From IMG/VR virus record IMGVR_UViG_3300024308_000016, positions 1 to 64,000 of that record: a stretch of DNA of 64,000 nt; one strand, written 5' to 3'. Positions within the stretch are counted from its first letter, which is position 1; every line of letters starts with the position of its first letter. Below are positions 48,670 through 58,187 of this stretch, piece by piece. Made by a program: the position numbers and the translations under genes. The notes beneath the pieces were generated by a model. That model was not told the DNA's origin. It worked only from the letters and a program-made list of their open reading frames with translations, and ran no database searches.

Positions 48670-49017
48670 ATGGACATCAACATCGTAAGTGGTCTGCTGG
48701 TGAGCCACTTCAAAGCTCTGTACGAGCAGTACCCTGGAGAGCAATTCAACTGCATCGTCACCGCCAAGCAGTCGTGCAGGAAACGCAACTACCCGTACCT
48801 TGTCACGGGCTATGCGGTATCGTCGAATGTGGCCAAGCGTATCTTGTACCTGACCAGCGAGATCAGTAAGGTGGCGCCCGGTCCTGTGGAAGCAGACACT
48901 CGCATCTACGTGAGGACATCCAAGAACGTACCGATCTCCTACTTCTGGGTGAGAGACAACAACACGCTGGAGCCTATCGAGCTGCCCCTGACTCCTGAAG
49001 ACCCAAGACCTACGTAG
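48670..49017 (+). CDS. Hypothetical protein
   Basis: ggagg RBS. Confidence 0.7.
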   Translation: MDINIVSGLLVSHFKALYEQYPGEQFNCIVTAKQSCRKRNYPYLVTGYAVSSNVAKRILYLTSEISKVAPGPVEADTRIYVRTSKNVPISYFWVRDNNTLEPIELPLTPEDPRPT

Positions 49018-49077
49018 AAAATAGCTGGCCTCTGTATACAGTGATCCGACTTGGATTGCTTATGGAGGTTTCGGGAA

Positions 49078-49350
49078 ATGGGAGATAACATCGGTAACTT
49101 GGTGCTGGGCTGGTACGGCATCGTCATGTGCGTCGTGTTGATCATGGCGTGCATCGGCTTCATCGCCTCGTTCAGCGACAACCTGGCGCTGTGGACCAGC
49201 ATCCCGCTGGGCGCGGCAGCTGGCGTGTTCGTGACATGGGCGGCGCACTGGTTCATGATGGTGGTGGTGGGATTCGTCGCCGCCATGGGGCCCAAGTTGT
49301 TCGACTTCATTCAGCGGGACTTCCAAAAGACGATCGGCTGGTTCAGCTGA
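49078..49350 (+). CDS. Small membrane protein
   Basis: ggagg RBS; hydrophobic. Confidence 0.65.
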   Translation: MGDNIGNLVLGWYGIVMCVVLIMACIGFIASFSDNLALWTSIPLGAAAGVFVTWAAHWFMMVVVGFVAAMGPKLFDFIQRDFQKTIGWFS

Positions 49351-49401
49351 CGCATTCACACCTTCGCTTTCCTTCGGGAAAGCGAAGGTGGATATATGCC
49401 G

Positions 49402-49439
49402 TGTGTAGAAAATCTGAATCACTTATACTCTACTTGAGG
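49402..49439 (+). promoter_or_regulatory. Phage bipartite promoter motif, copy 9
   Basis: tgtgta at 49402, cacttatactctacttgagg at 49420. Confidence 0.8.
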
Positions 49440-49481
49440 CAATGGCTTCAATTCTTTTATTTTAAATAGGAAAGCAGTCTA

Positions 49482-50087
49482 ATGTATCATAATCACACTC
49501 GGGTATATCGCGGACATAATCCGTTTATTCGATTAGCTCCGATTGCCAAACTCCATTTCCCTGTCGCGGTATTAAACGCGATGGATAAAGTCGTCGCCAA
49601 GAACCTTAAATACCTGGGCACACATCTGTATGCGGCAACGTTTGAGGCGCACAGCGTCAATGGCCGTGACTATGGCCATGGCATCGCCCTGTACCAAGAA
49701 GAGGGCGGCTACCTAGAGACTCGCGAAACTGGCGGTGCTCTTCGGATCTACGCATTGAACCGGACTCTGGAAGGTGTGCATCCGATCGATCGAAAGCCTG
49801 CAGATTTCCCCGAGCTGTGGGGTGATCTGAATTGCCCCAACGATCGCGACTACTTGCTGGGCTCACAGATGGTGGTCGACATCGTCGGCAGTCTCGTTCC
49901 CCATCAGCACCCGGTCTACTCGATCTCGTGCGGCGGCATCGACAGACAGCAGCCATTGGCGTTTCTGGATGTGGAGATGCGTGATGCACGCATAGGCCCC
50001 TACGCGATAGAGTGGGAGTTTGTCCGAGCAGACAAAGCCATCAACAACTCCATGAGCTGGATCCGCGGTGTTCGAGACCCCCGATAA
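49482..50087 (+). CDS. Hypothetical protein
   Basis: First ORF after promoter copy 9. Confidence 0.7.
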   Translation: MYHNHTRVYRGHNPFIRLAPIAKLHFPVAVLNAMDKVVAKNLKYLGTHLYAATFEAHSVNGRDYGHGIALYQEEGGYLETRETGGALRIYALNRTLEGVHPIDRKPADFPELWGDLNCPNDRDYLLGSQMVVDIVGSLVPHQHPVYSISCGGIDRQQPLAFLDVEMRDARIGPYAIEWEFVRADKAINNSMSWIRGVRDPR

Positions 50088-50102
50088 GAAAGGACAAGAG
50101 TT

Positions 50103-50204
50103 ATGGAAAAGATGATCGAGAAAGCCGAAGCGTGGTGTGATCGCTACGGCAAGGGTGCCGCTGTTGCAGGCGCAGTGTTGTTCTTTGTGGTGGCACACTT
50201 CTGA
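50103..50204 (+). CDS. Small membrane peptide (33 aa)
   Basis: gaaagga RBS; MEKMIEKAEAWCDRYGKGAAVAGAVLFFVVAHF; TGATG coupling to next gene. Confidence 0.55.
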   Translation: MEKMIEKAEAWCDRYGKGAAVAGAVLFFVVAHF

Positions 50205-50755
50205 TGGCATTTGAACTTGAGAAGTCCTACACAGGCACGATCACTGACCCTCAGCGAGTGTTCACTCAAGCGCTGGGTACCCATCCTGTCCCCTATGAGA
50301 CGGACGTGCTGCGTCTGCTCGATCAGTGGGGCGGCCGATACGCCGACGATCTGAAGATCATCGGAGCATTTCGCTACAACAATTTCGTCTCCTCGATGAC
50401 GTTCCTTCGCTCGTCTGAGCCGGTCAGCATGATGATCGCTCGGCGAGACTTGCATGTGACCGATCAAGGCAGACCAGTATCCACTGCTCCGGCAACTGGT
50501 CAGCATATGGCACTGAAACCAGTTGACGGCATCAGCGAGATCATGACAGGTGCTCAGCGAAAGCGCTTGGAAGTGATGTGCCGCGACCTGTTCAAGATTC
50601 TAGCCTCCAAAGGCTACAACTTGGTAGCCAGGAGTGTGGCGTATTCCCGACTGGGCGGAACTTGGGCAGAAGGTGGCTTCGACATCACCTTCCATCGCTC
50701 AGATGCCCAGTATGTCTACTGCATGAACGTGCTTCGCCAAGCGGTGAAGAAGTAA
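50204..50755 (+). CDS. Hypothetical protein
   Basis: Operonic ORF. Confidence 0.7.
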   Translation: MAFELEKSYTGTITDPQRVFTQALGTHPVPYETDVLRLLDQWGGRYADDLKIIGAFRYNNFVSSMTFLRSSEPVSMMIARRDLHVTDQGRPVSTAPATGQHMALKPVDGISEIMTGAQRKRLEVMCRDLFKILASKGYNLVARSVAYSRLGGTWAEGGFDITFHRSDAQYVYCMNVLRQAVKK

Positions 50756-50782
50756 TCCCCTCTCTTTTCTGAAAGTCTCATC

Positions 50783-51118
50783 ATGAAAAAGATCCTTCTG
50801 TCCCTGGCCCTGTCCACCGTCTGCCTGGCTGCATCCGCGCAAGCGGAATACTACTATCGTCCCACCACCAAACCTATCCAGGTGGCCAAAGACTTCGAGG
50901 AGTATCAGCATGCGTGCTTTAACTTCTCCAAGAACATGGGCATCTACATCGACCGCATCGATGGCATCGCGCTGGAAGGCCGGGAAGTGACGATGAAGTT
51001 CGACAATGACCAAGCAGCCAATCTGATCCTGCAGACCGAGCATATCGCTCGTCTGAAGTTCCAGGAGCTGAGCGCGCAGATGAAACTGTGCGCTTTGATG
51101 ACTCCGCCCAAGCGCTGA
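50783..51118 (+). CDS. Secreted or periplasmic protein
   Basis: Signal peptide MKKILLSLALSTVCLAASAQA. Confidence 0.75.
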   Translation: MKKILLSLALSTVCLAASAQAEYYYRPTTKPIQVAKDFEEYQHACFNFSKNMGIYIDRIDGIALEGREVTMKFDNDQAANLILQTEHIARLKFQELSAQMKLCALMTPPKR

Positions 51119-51154
51119 CCTTCCCAATTCTCAACCCTCAATAGAAAGCTACCT

Positions 51155-51487
51155 ATGAAGAAAGTCATTGTATCCTTGGCCCTGATGGCCGCATCCTCCG
51201 TCGGTCTGGCCAAAGGCGCCATCTATACCGACTACACGGGCTATCCGCCGCCATCTGTGAAGTCGGTCGACAGCTGCGTGCTGACCACCAGCCAGATCCT
51301 GCGTAAGTTGGGGCCTGATGAGAAGTACGATCTCACTACAGCGTCCGGCTACTTGGTCGAAAAAGACGACACCATCTTGCGTGTCACGATCAAGTTCCTC
51401 AAGGGCAAGCCGGCAGTGGTGCGTGTTCGCCTCGATGAGACCCCTGCACTCCAAGACGCTGTGCTGCGCTGCATGCTTGGCCGCTGA
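51155..51487 (+). CDS. Secreted or periplasmic protein
   Basis: Signal peptide MKKVIVSLALMAASSVGLA. Confidence 0.7.
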   Translation: MKKVIVSLALMAASSVGLAKGAIYTDYTGYPPPSVKSVDSCVLTTSQILRKLGPDEKYDLTTASGYLVEKDDTILRVTIKFLKGKPAVVRVRLDETPALQDAVLRCMLGR

Positions 51488-51563
51488 TCCACAGCACCCC
51501 ACCTCAGAGACCGCTTATGCGGTCTCTGGGTACTTTTTTTGATCGTCAATAAGAAAGTCTGTT

Positions 51564-52079
51564 ATGCATTACACACCGGAACGCTTTTACCAGCAGATCC
51601 ATTCGCGTCTGAAGGCACTGGACAAAAAGCGTGAGCAGCGCCGCTACTGTGACCCACGTATCCAGCCTCTGGTGGATGCACTGAACGCCTGTCACTCCGT
51701 CACCACCGTGTGGAGCTGCTCGGGCCATACACCAGCTGAACGGCTGGCTGCTGATAAAGAGACCGCCAAGCGCTCTCGGGGCTACCTGATCTTCTGCGTG
51801 CGAGACTCTGCGGGCGACTACGTGCTGCGCACTATCAGCCGCTGGATCTCGGACCTGTCGTTTGAGACCTACAAGTCTCATCGGTTCAACCTGAACATGA
51901 CCAAGCTGCACTTCGGGGGCTTTACTGCCCGTTGTACGGAGGGCACGCCTACTGAGGACTATCCGTGCTGGTGCCTGGAGGCGTTCACCGAGTGCTCGGA
52001 AGAAGCCGTCACCCGTCTGGGTGAGATGTTCAACAGCCTGGCCCAAGCGTTGGTCCTGGCTACTAGCCGGGAGGCCTAA
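51564..52079 (+). CDS. Tyw3-like fold protein
   Basis: DPRIQPLVDALN...TTVWSCSGH matches the Tyw3 N-terminal motif D..I..L...IN...T..SCSG. Confidence 0.6.
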   Translation: MHYTPERFYQQIHSRLKALDKKREQRRYCDPRIQPLVDALNACHSVTTVWSCSGHTPAERLAADKETAKRSRGYLIFCVRDSAGDYVLRTISRWISDLSFETYKSHRFNLNMTKLHFGGFTARCTEGTPTEDYPCWCLEAFTECSEEAVTRLGEMFNSLAQALVLATSREA

Positions 52080-52080
52080 G

Positions 52081-52620
52081 ATGGCGTCACCGGTTCCTGA
52101 GATCTACCCGGTTATAGATCGCCGAAGAGCGGTGAGCAATGCTCTTTGTAAGATGAGTCCCAGATTCCCAGAACGGCTGGTCAAGCTGCTGGATATCTGG
52201 GTCCACGATCACTGGGACCGCCACCAGCTGGAGTATACGACCCGAATTGCTTCCGGCAGCATACACGTGGCTGGACTCATCGGCCCTGGGGATATCCGTA
52301 TGTCGGTCCGCAGGCTTAACAAAGGTCGACCTTCGCCGAATGTTGACAAGCCGCGGCGCTATATCAGTGCAGATGCGTTTTTAGGAACGAGTACGACGGC
52401 TGATCAGTTCCGGGATCTGACCCAGTATGCATGTGCTTTGCATGACTTCTTAGCGGAACGAGGCTTGATGGTCCATACGTTCGATTCTCGTTCGTATAAC
52501 CCTAACGTCGGGCAAGCCAGGGTCAACATCATGCTCAGCATCAAGGGCCTTGCCACCGAAGGCACCGTACAAGTCGTCTTGCGCCGGCGTAACACCAAAG
52601 TCCAAACCTCCTACAAGTAA
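52081..52620 (+). CDS. Hypothetical protein
   Basis: ggagg RBS. Confidence 0.65.
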   Translation: MASPVPEIYPVIDRRRAVSNALCKMSPRFPERLVKLLDIWVHDHWDRHQLEYTTRIASGSIHVAGLIGPGDIRMSVRRLNKGRPSPNVDKPRRYISADAFLGTSTTADQFRDLTQYACALHDFLAERGLMVHTFDSRSYNPNVGQARVNIMLSIKGLATEGTVQVVLRRRNTKVQTSYK

Positions 52621-52652
52621 CTTTTCCCCTTCAATAGAAAGCATTATTTATC

Positions 52653-53180
52653 ATGTCCGCATTCCAGTTTCCCATTGTTCCCAAGGCCGTCTTCGAGCAG
52701 ATCGTCGCTGGCCACCAGCAGTTCTTCGGTCCGGATCAACGTGTCAACACCATCAGTAGCAAGATGCTGTTGTGCGAGACGCACTATGACTACGACGGCT
52801 CGCAGATGGCGCTGAGCCTGCGCAATAAGAAAGAATACGAGGCACGTGCATTGAGTGGAGTAGTTACTCCTATCCAGTCCCTCACGGGGCTGGATGTCCC
52901 CATCACGGACAAGCAGCACAAAACAGTACTCAAAGCGATCGAGAAAGCCACCACCGCACACCCCAATTGTGCTACTAATATCTACGCAATAGCGTCTGAT
53001 CAAGCTAAGACCATCATCAGTGCTATGGCGGCCACTGAAGTGCACATGCTGTACTGCAAGCCCTTTCACTGCACCATCATAGAGTTCGTCAACCGCCATA
53101 GCTACGACGATCTGCTGGTGTGGAGCTTTCGCACTCAGAACAACTCCTTTAACAAGATCAAGAAGGAAGACAAGAAATGA
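52653..53180 (+). CDS. Hypothetical protein
   Basis: aatagaaag RBS. Confidence 0.7.
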   Translation: MSAFQFPIVPKAVFEQIVAGHQQFFGPDQRVNTISSKMLLCETHYDYDGSQMALSLRNKKEYEARALSGVVTPIQSLTGLDVPITDKQHKTVLKAIEKATTAHPNCATNIYAIASDQAKTIISAMAATEVHMLYCKPFHCTIIEFVNRHSYDDLLVWSFRTQNNSFNKIKKEDKK

Positions 53181-53809
53181 TCTTTCACAAGGACACTACG
53201 GGAAACACATCGATGTATCCTGAAAAGGTACTCACTCGTACGGCAACATCGGACATCTTGAGCGGTAACTTGCTCATACCCAACTGCGCAAACTTGCCGG
53301 AGATGCAGGCTGTGCAAGAGTGGTTCAGGTTCGTGAACACGCGCTTTAACCAATACACCCAGCGTGTGATGCGGGTCAAGCCTGATCCAACGTACATGTC
53401 AAGCGTGGACGGTGCGTCTGTGACTGTGGCGTGTAACCGCACGTCTGATCGGCTGAGCTTTGGCATGAGCTGTGCCAAGTTCTTGGACAATGTCCATGAC
53501 AAGTACCATACGGTCGACTATGACCACGACCAGATGCTCGATGACATCGTCCATGACAAAGCACCGAGCTTGCTGGAGTCGTACAAGTGTATGAAGTCGT
53601 TTGCCCGCTTCATGCATGCTCGCACAGACGTATTCGAGTCCAGGATCGAGGTCAGTCAGCGTCACTCCTTTTCCTCAGATCACTCTGTGATGGAGCTGGA
53701 GCTACATATGTCAATCCGTACGGGCACCGGGCGCTTTATGCTCGCCGGGATCAATACGCAGTCCGACAATGCAGTCTACCCGGTCACGTACAGCAAGCGT
53801 ATATTTTAA
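53177..53809 (+). CDS. Hypothetical protein
   Basis: ATGA overlap. Confidence 0.7.
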   Translation: MIFHKDTTGNTSMYPEKVLTRTATSDILSGNLLIPNCANLPEMQAVQEWFRFVNTRFNQYTQRVMRVKPDPTYMSSVDGASVTVACNRTSDRLSFGMSCAKFLDNVHDKYHTVDYDHDQMLDDIVHDKAPSLLESYKCMKSFARFMHARTDVFESRIEVSQRHSFSSDHSVMELELHMSIRTGTGRFMLAGINTQSDNAVYPVTYSKRIF

Positions 53810-53824
53810 TAAGAAAGGATCCCT

Positions 53825-54550
53825 ATGTATCGACGCGAAGAACGCGCGTTGTCGAGGTGGTGTGATACACCGAGACGCAAGCAGGAGATAGGGCGGTTTA
53901 TCCAAGACTGTCCCCATTTCCCACCTATCGTCAAGTCGTTTCGGGAAGTGCAGCTGTTCGATGACTGGTTTGCCCAGTCAGCGAGCTTCTTCGAGTGCTT
54001 TCACCGCTCTTTCTCATCCCCCGGGAATTCTTTTGGAAACGCCAATAGGGTAAGTTCCCATCTGACGCTCTGGTGTCAGGTGCTGAGTGTGGACTTTCGT
54101 TCTAAGCTGGAGTTGACACTCTACCACACGCCACCTTCTCAGAATCTGGCGGCAATGACTGGACCTATGGCTGATCGGGCTAACCACGCCAAGGCCCGCA
54201 TGTTGAAAGACGTGATGGAGTCTCAGGTGGGGATAGACCGGCTGAACCCGCGCTGGAAGAAGTTTCACAGTGAGTTTGCCGATATCCGGGGACGTCTGCT
54301 CAAGCAAAGCCATTGTTTTCGTCACCGGGAGTCGGTATCTACTGGCTTTCCGGAGCCTGGCGATGATGCCCATGCCTGGGACTCTTCTGAGACATCCAGA
54401 CTTGAGCTGGAGTTATCGTTCACCTTGAATGAGCGGTACTATATGAACTTCAGAATGGAAAGGTATCCGTACCCCATGAGAGACAACGTCGATCACCAAC
54501 ACAGGTGCTTTGTTCAATGCACTCCGAGGCATCCATGGTCCGAACCGTAG
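53825..54550 (+). CDS. Hypothetical protein
   Basis: gaaagga RBS. Confidence 0.7.
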   Translation: MYRREERALSRWCDTPRRKQEIGRFIQDCPHFPPIVKSFREVQLFDDWFAQSASFFECFHRSFSSPGNSFGNANRVSSHLTLWCQVLSVDFRSKLELTLYHTPPSQNLAAMTGPMADRANHAKARMLKDVMESQVGIDRLNPRWKKFHSEFADIRGRLLKQSHCFRHRESVSTGFPEPGDDAHAWDSSETSRLELELSFTLNERYYMNFRMERYPYPMRDNVDHQHRCFVQCTPRHPWSEP

Positions 54551-55116
54551 AGCTTGTAAGCGTCGGCGACAAAGGCCGGCATGGCGAGCTGGTCTTTCGG
54601 AAGATGCCTTTGCAGGTCCAGGCACGTTTCAAGAGCCCTCGGCTACTGCAGGCGATCCAGTTGTGGGTGGACATGAACCCACGCCTGTATCGTACTTGGG
54701 AGATGGTCGCTGCTTGGAGCGCCACTGGAGCGATCAATGACTCCTTTGGTGAGTTGATCAACATCTCATTGTACGCCGCAGACAAGCGTACAGTCATCAC
54801 TATCACGTGCCGTAAGTTCAACAAACCGGACTATCGTCCCCGTATAGTGATCGAAACACCGGGCTATGAACCACATGACCTGAACTCTGCATATGGTCCT
54901 CAGGCTTTGAAGATCTTCGACCGGTTTAAAGACTGGTTTTTGAAGAACTGCACGGCGTTTCGTTGCACGGCATTTGCAGAAGTGGATGACGACTCCGATG
55001 ACGACGACCTCACCTACGAAACGCTATGCCTTTGCGGCACCGCTCGCCTCGACGAAGGCTTGACCGCAGGTATAGATCTCAACATCTGGTTGAAAGCAGG
55101 GGAAACTCCCCATTAA
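54535..55116 (+). CDS. Hypothetical protein
   Basis: gagg RBS before MVRTVELV. Confidence 0.65.
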   Translation: MVRTVELVSVGDKGRHGELVFRKMPLQVQARFKSPRLLQAIQLWVDMNPRLYRTWEMVAAWSATGAINDSFGELINISLYAADKRTVITITCRKFNKPDYRPRIVIETPGYEPHDLNSAYGPQALKIFDRFKDWFLKNCTAFRCTAFAEVDDDSDDDDLTYETLCLCGTARLDEGLTAGIDLNIWLKAGETPH

Positions 55117-55135
55117 TCGAAAGGAAGAAAGCGTT

Positions 55136-55567
55136 ATGAACCAAAAGCAATTGTACGAACAAGCGCATCCGATGCCTTTTGACCGTATCGTCGATGAGCT
55201 GTCGGCTGCGGCCATCGAGGCACGCGCCTACTCGGGCGAGCTCTTGCCTCCGGGCCAGTGGCTGGATAAGTACAGAGCCGGTGTGCCGCAAAGCAGCTTG
55301 CGCGACCACCTGACCATGTTCTACCAGCGTATCGATGACGATACGTACGAGCTCATGGGTACGCTGCACACCGAACATCTGAAATTGTGCATGATGTTCG
55401 AGAAGGTCGTGGCCAAGCCCGGAGAAGCGGATTCCAGCCTGCAGCTGAACATGACCGGCGACTGGGTGATGGTCACGTATCACCGCCGGGGAGCTAGTCC
55501 CGTGCAATGGGCGCGCCTGCGCCGCCCTGAAGACTACGATGAGTATACCATCGAGTCGTTCCGTTAA
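55136..55567 (+). CDS. Hypothetical protein
   Basis: gaaag RBS. Confidence 0.7.
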   Translation: MNQKQLYEQAHPMPFDRIVDELSAAAIEARAYSGELLPPGQWLDKYRAGVPQSSLRDHLTMFYQRIDDDTYELMGTLHTEHLKLCMMFEKVVAKPGEADSSLQLNMTGDWVMVTYHRRGASPVQWARLRRPEDYDEYTIESFR

Positions 55568-55592
55568 TCCATCTCTCCAAGGAGAATAAGAA

Positions 55593-55835
55593 ATGTCTGA
55601 AGTGGAGGAGCTCAAGCTCATCTTAAAGCTGATCATCGGGTCAGTAGCAATCGTCATGGCGCTGCTGGTGAGTGTGGGCCTCTCCATTTCAGCAGGCTAT
55701 GACTACAGGCGCCGGACCAAGGACTGGAATGCAGACTCGGTGAAGTTTGTGGTGGATCATCACCTGAAGTTCTACCTGAAGGTCATCTTCTTTGCGATGG
55801 TGCCGTGTCTTATATTGATAGGAGTTGTTCTGTGA
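55593..55835 (+). CDS. Small 2-TM membrane protein
   Basis: aaggag RBS; hydrophobic. Confidence 0.7.
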   Translation: MSEVEELKLILKLIIGSVAIVMALLVSVGLSISAGYDYRRRTKDWNADSVKFVVDHHLKFYLKVIFFAMVPCLILIGVVL

Positions 55836-56413
55836 GAGACTTCAACACTCACCACGTCAGGTATTGGCACGGATTGCACAGAGCGCGGGCTGCTGCTTGT
55901 CTGGATGTCAAGGACAAGGACCTGATCAAGGACTTTGTCACCCAGAACGGCTACTTACCGGATATGGAGCAGGTGGAAGCTGTGCGCCAAGCATTGGTGG
56001 GGATCATCAAAGACCCGGATACCGAGACCAACATCACGGTGGTCAAAGACGGCCTCCAAACTGGGCTGCCATTTTCCGAGATCTTGTTCAGTAACGACTA
56101 CCTGGATATCTCGATCGTGGAGATGAGCCGATACCGGGTCGCATACTGTCACCAGTTGCCGTATCTGACGAAAGTACCGTCCAAGGACTTCTTCAGAAAC
56201 GGACTGAGGACTCAGACCGCGACACCAACAGCAATGGAGTCGATTACCAGCGCCTGTATCACGATCATGAGCCATCTCAACAGCAAGTGGCTGTTCACCA
56301 CACCGGAGTTTCCCGTTGAGTACCATGGTACCCAGCGAGCAGTCATCAAAGGCGTCAACCGAGGCAACCACCGAAAGGATCTGTGCATCTTGGTGACTTG
56401 TCTTAATCTATAA
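55832..56413 (+). CDS. Hypothetical protein
   Basis: GTGA overlap, aggag RBS. Confidence 0.65.
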   Translation: MRDFNTHHVRYWHGLHRARAAACLDVKDKDLIKDFVTQNGYLPDMEQVEAVRQALVGIIKDPDTETNITVVKDGLQTGLPFSEILFSNDYLDISIVEMSRYRVAYCHQLPYLTKVPSKDFFRNGLRTQTATPTAMESITSACITIMSHLNSKWLFTTPEFPVEYHGTQRAVIKGVNRGNHRKDLCILVTCLNL

Positions 56414-56428
56414 GAAAGGTATCCAAAT

Positions 56429-56773
56429 ATGAAAGTTCTCGAAGAGCTGGCCATGCTCTACATCGTGATCGGCCATGGACTGCTGGGGTATGAGAGTCTG
56501 TCGGAGTACCGACTCTTCATCTCTATCGGGATCCCGGTATCGGCTGCGTGCTTCGGTCTGGTGGCCTTTTACTTCATGCCCGGCAAGTACGAAGCCGTCA
56601 GCATGAGCGTGAGGCTCAAGAAGATCGCCCTGAGCCTGGCGGTGGTGCTGGTGTCAGCCGTCTCAGCCCCGGTGCTGGGCGCTCTGCTGACTGCGCTGGT
56701 GTTCAAGGTCTGTGCGCTGATGTCGAGCTCTCTGGTCTTCATCTACGGCGGTATCACCCGGCTGCTGTCATGA
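56429..56773 (+). CDS. Membrane protein, similar to 58188-58508
   Basis: IPVSAACF...AVSAPVLGALLTA resembles VPIAASF...TVVSPCLGVLLTA. Confidence 0.7.
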   Translation: MKVLEELAMLYIVIGHGLLGYESLSEYRLFISIGIPVSAACFGLVAFYFMPGKYEAVSMSVRLKKIALSLAVVLVSAVSAPVLGALLTALVFKVCALMSSSLVFIYGGITRLLS

Positions 56774-57366
56774 CTGAATACCCGCCAGACTGCACGCTCA
56801 GGGTAAAGCCCCATGACTCATTTGAGTCGGTCCTGAAGTACCGGGACGGCTACCGGGTGCTACTGCCTGTCTCGTTGATCTCCCAGTTCTGGGGGATCTT
56901 GAAGAACAGGTACGGCTTCAACCACGAGAGTGCCACCATCAACTATTCATGCACGTCTAGCAACCATCCCGCTCGCCAACGGTGCTTTGAACACATCTTG
57001 TTTACAAGCCCCCACTTCTCGGCGTCGATCACTGGCAACAGCCAGATCGATCGCACAGAAATGTTCAAGGAGATGCGTTCGTACGAGCAAGCCACAGGCG
57101 TCAATTGGCAAAACCGGATAAGGGAGATGGCAGCCAGGCGACTGGAGGAACACGGCTATACCGACAGGGCTATCGGTGTACTGGAGACCATCCTCGCTCA
57201 GATGCGTATGGTCGACGCCATCGTCGCTATAGGCGCAGACGCCAACGGCTTTGGCAGATCGTACCGAAATTCCTTTGCTGTGAGGCTGATGCTCAACGAC
57301 GGCCGAAATATCGGCATAGGCGTAAACTTTTGCAGCTTCCACGGCGATTATCAAAGAAAGCACTAA
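56770..57366 (+). CDS. Hypothetical protein
   Basis: ATGA overlap (MTEYPPD...). Confidence 0.65.
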   Translation: MTEYPPDCTLRVKPHDSFESVLKYRDGYRVLLPVSLISQFWGILKNRYGFNHESATINYSCTSSNHPARQRCFEHILFTSPHFSASITGNSQIDRTEMFKEMRSYEQATGVNWQNRIREMAARRLEEHGYTDRAIGVLETILAQMRMVDAIVAIGADANGFGRSYRNSFAVRLMLNDGRNIGIGVNFCSFHGDYQRKH

Positions 57367-57368
57367 CT

Positions 57369-58166
57369 ATGAAAAAGCGTCCACTGATCTTGTTCTCTGG
57401 AGGATTGGACTCCTCGCACTTGCTGTGGAACAATCCAACAGCCGACACCTTGTCAATCGAGCTGGTCAGCAGCTACGATAAGGTCAAGTGGGAGAAAGCC
57501 GCTAGAGAGCGGGTGATCGGATACATCAAGCATGTCAACAAGGAGCGAGACCCTGACTTTTGGCCAGGCAGGAACTTCACCACTGAGTACTCTATCACAG
57601 CCAACACAAACCCCAACCATCTCAACCAGATGGCGGTGTGGTTTAACAAGATGTTCGAGTATGCGGATCCCTCCATGCATTCCAGCGTGATGATCGGCTA
57701 CACGGGCGGCGACTGCGCTATCCCCGATATGGCGTATCTGACCACTGCCTGGGACAGTCTGTGGAAGGCGTCCCGTATCCGAACTTACAAGGACATGCCG
57801 CCCTTGGAGTTTCCGCTTGCTCAGTGGAGCAAGGCTGAGCAAGTCAGGCACCTGCCCGATGAGCTCATCTCCAGAACCTGGAGCTGCGAGGCGCCGTTTA
57901 ACCAAAACGGCATCGAGTGCGGTGTGTGCTTGCCTTGCAGAACCAAGTTCGCTGCACTGCTGCTGGGCAACAAGACACATGTGGCATCGTGGCCTTTGAC
58001 GTATGCGTTCACCCGGGAGCACATCTCGCGTGATCTGCTGCGCGACATGCTCTATGCTCGCCGCACCATCGACGGCCGAGACACCATCTATGAGCACGAG
58101 ATCCCGGAGTCGGAACCCAATCCCGGAGATATTCAAGAATCCGACGGTCAACTGGAACTGTTTTAA
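57369..58166 (+). CDS. queC: QueC-like PP-loop ATPase
   Basis: LILFSGGLDSS PP-loop; PLAQWSKAE; TWSC...ECGVCLPC Zn site. Confidence 0.8.
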   Translation: MKKRPLILFSGGLDSSHLLWNNPTADTLSIELVSSYDKVKWEKAARERVIGYIKHVNKERDPDFWPGRNFTTEYSITANTNPNHLNQMAVWFNKMFEYADPSMHSSVMIGYTGGDCAIPDMAYLTTAWDSLWKASRIRTYKDMPPLEFPLAQWSKAEQVRHLPDELISRTWSCEAPFNQNGIECGVCLPCRTKFAALLLGNKTHVASWPLTYAFTREHISRDLLRDMLYARRTIDGRDTIYEHEIPESEPNPGDIQESDGQLELF

Positions 58167-58187
58167 CTCAAATAGAAAGCGCTCATC

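Noticed and set aside
211-49439. Repeated motif as a CRISPR array or mobile repeat
   Set aside because: Copies are dispersed kilobases apart, degenerate and always upstream of genes; no spacer array or cas genes seen
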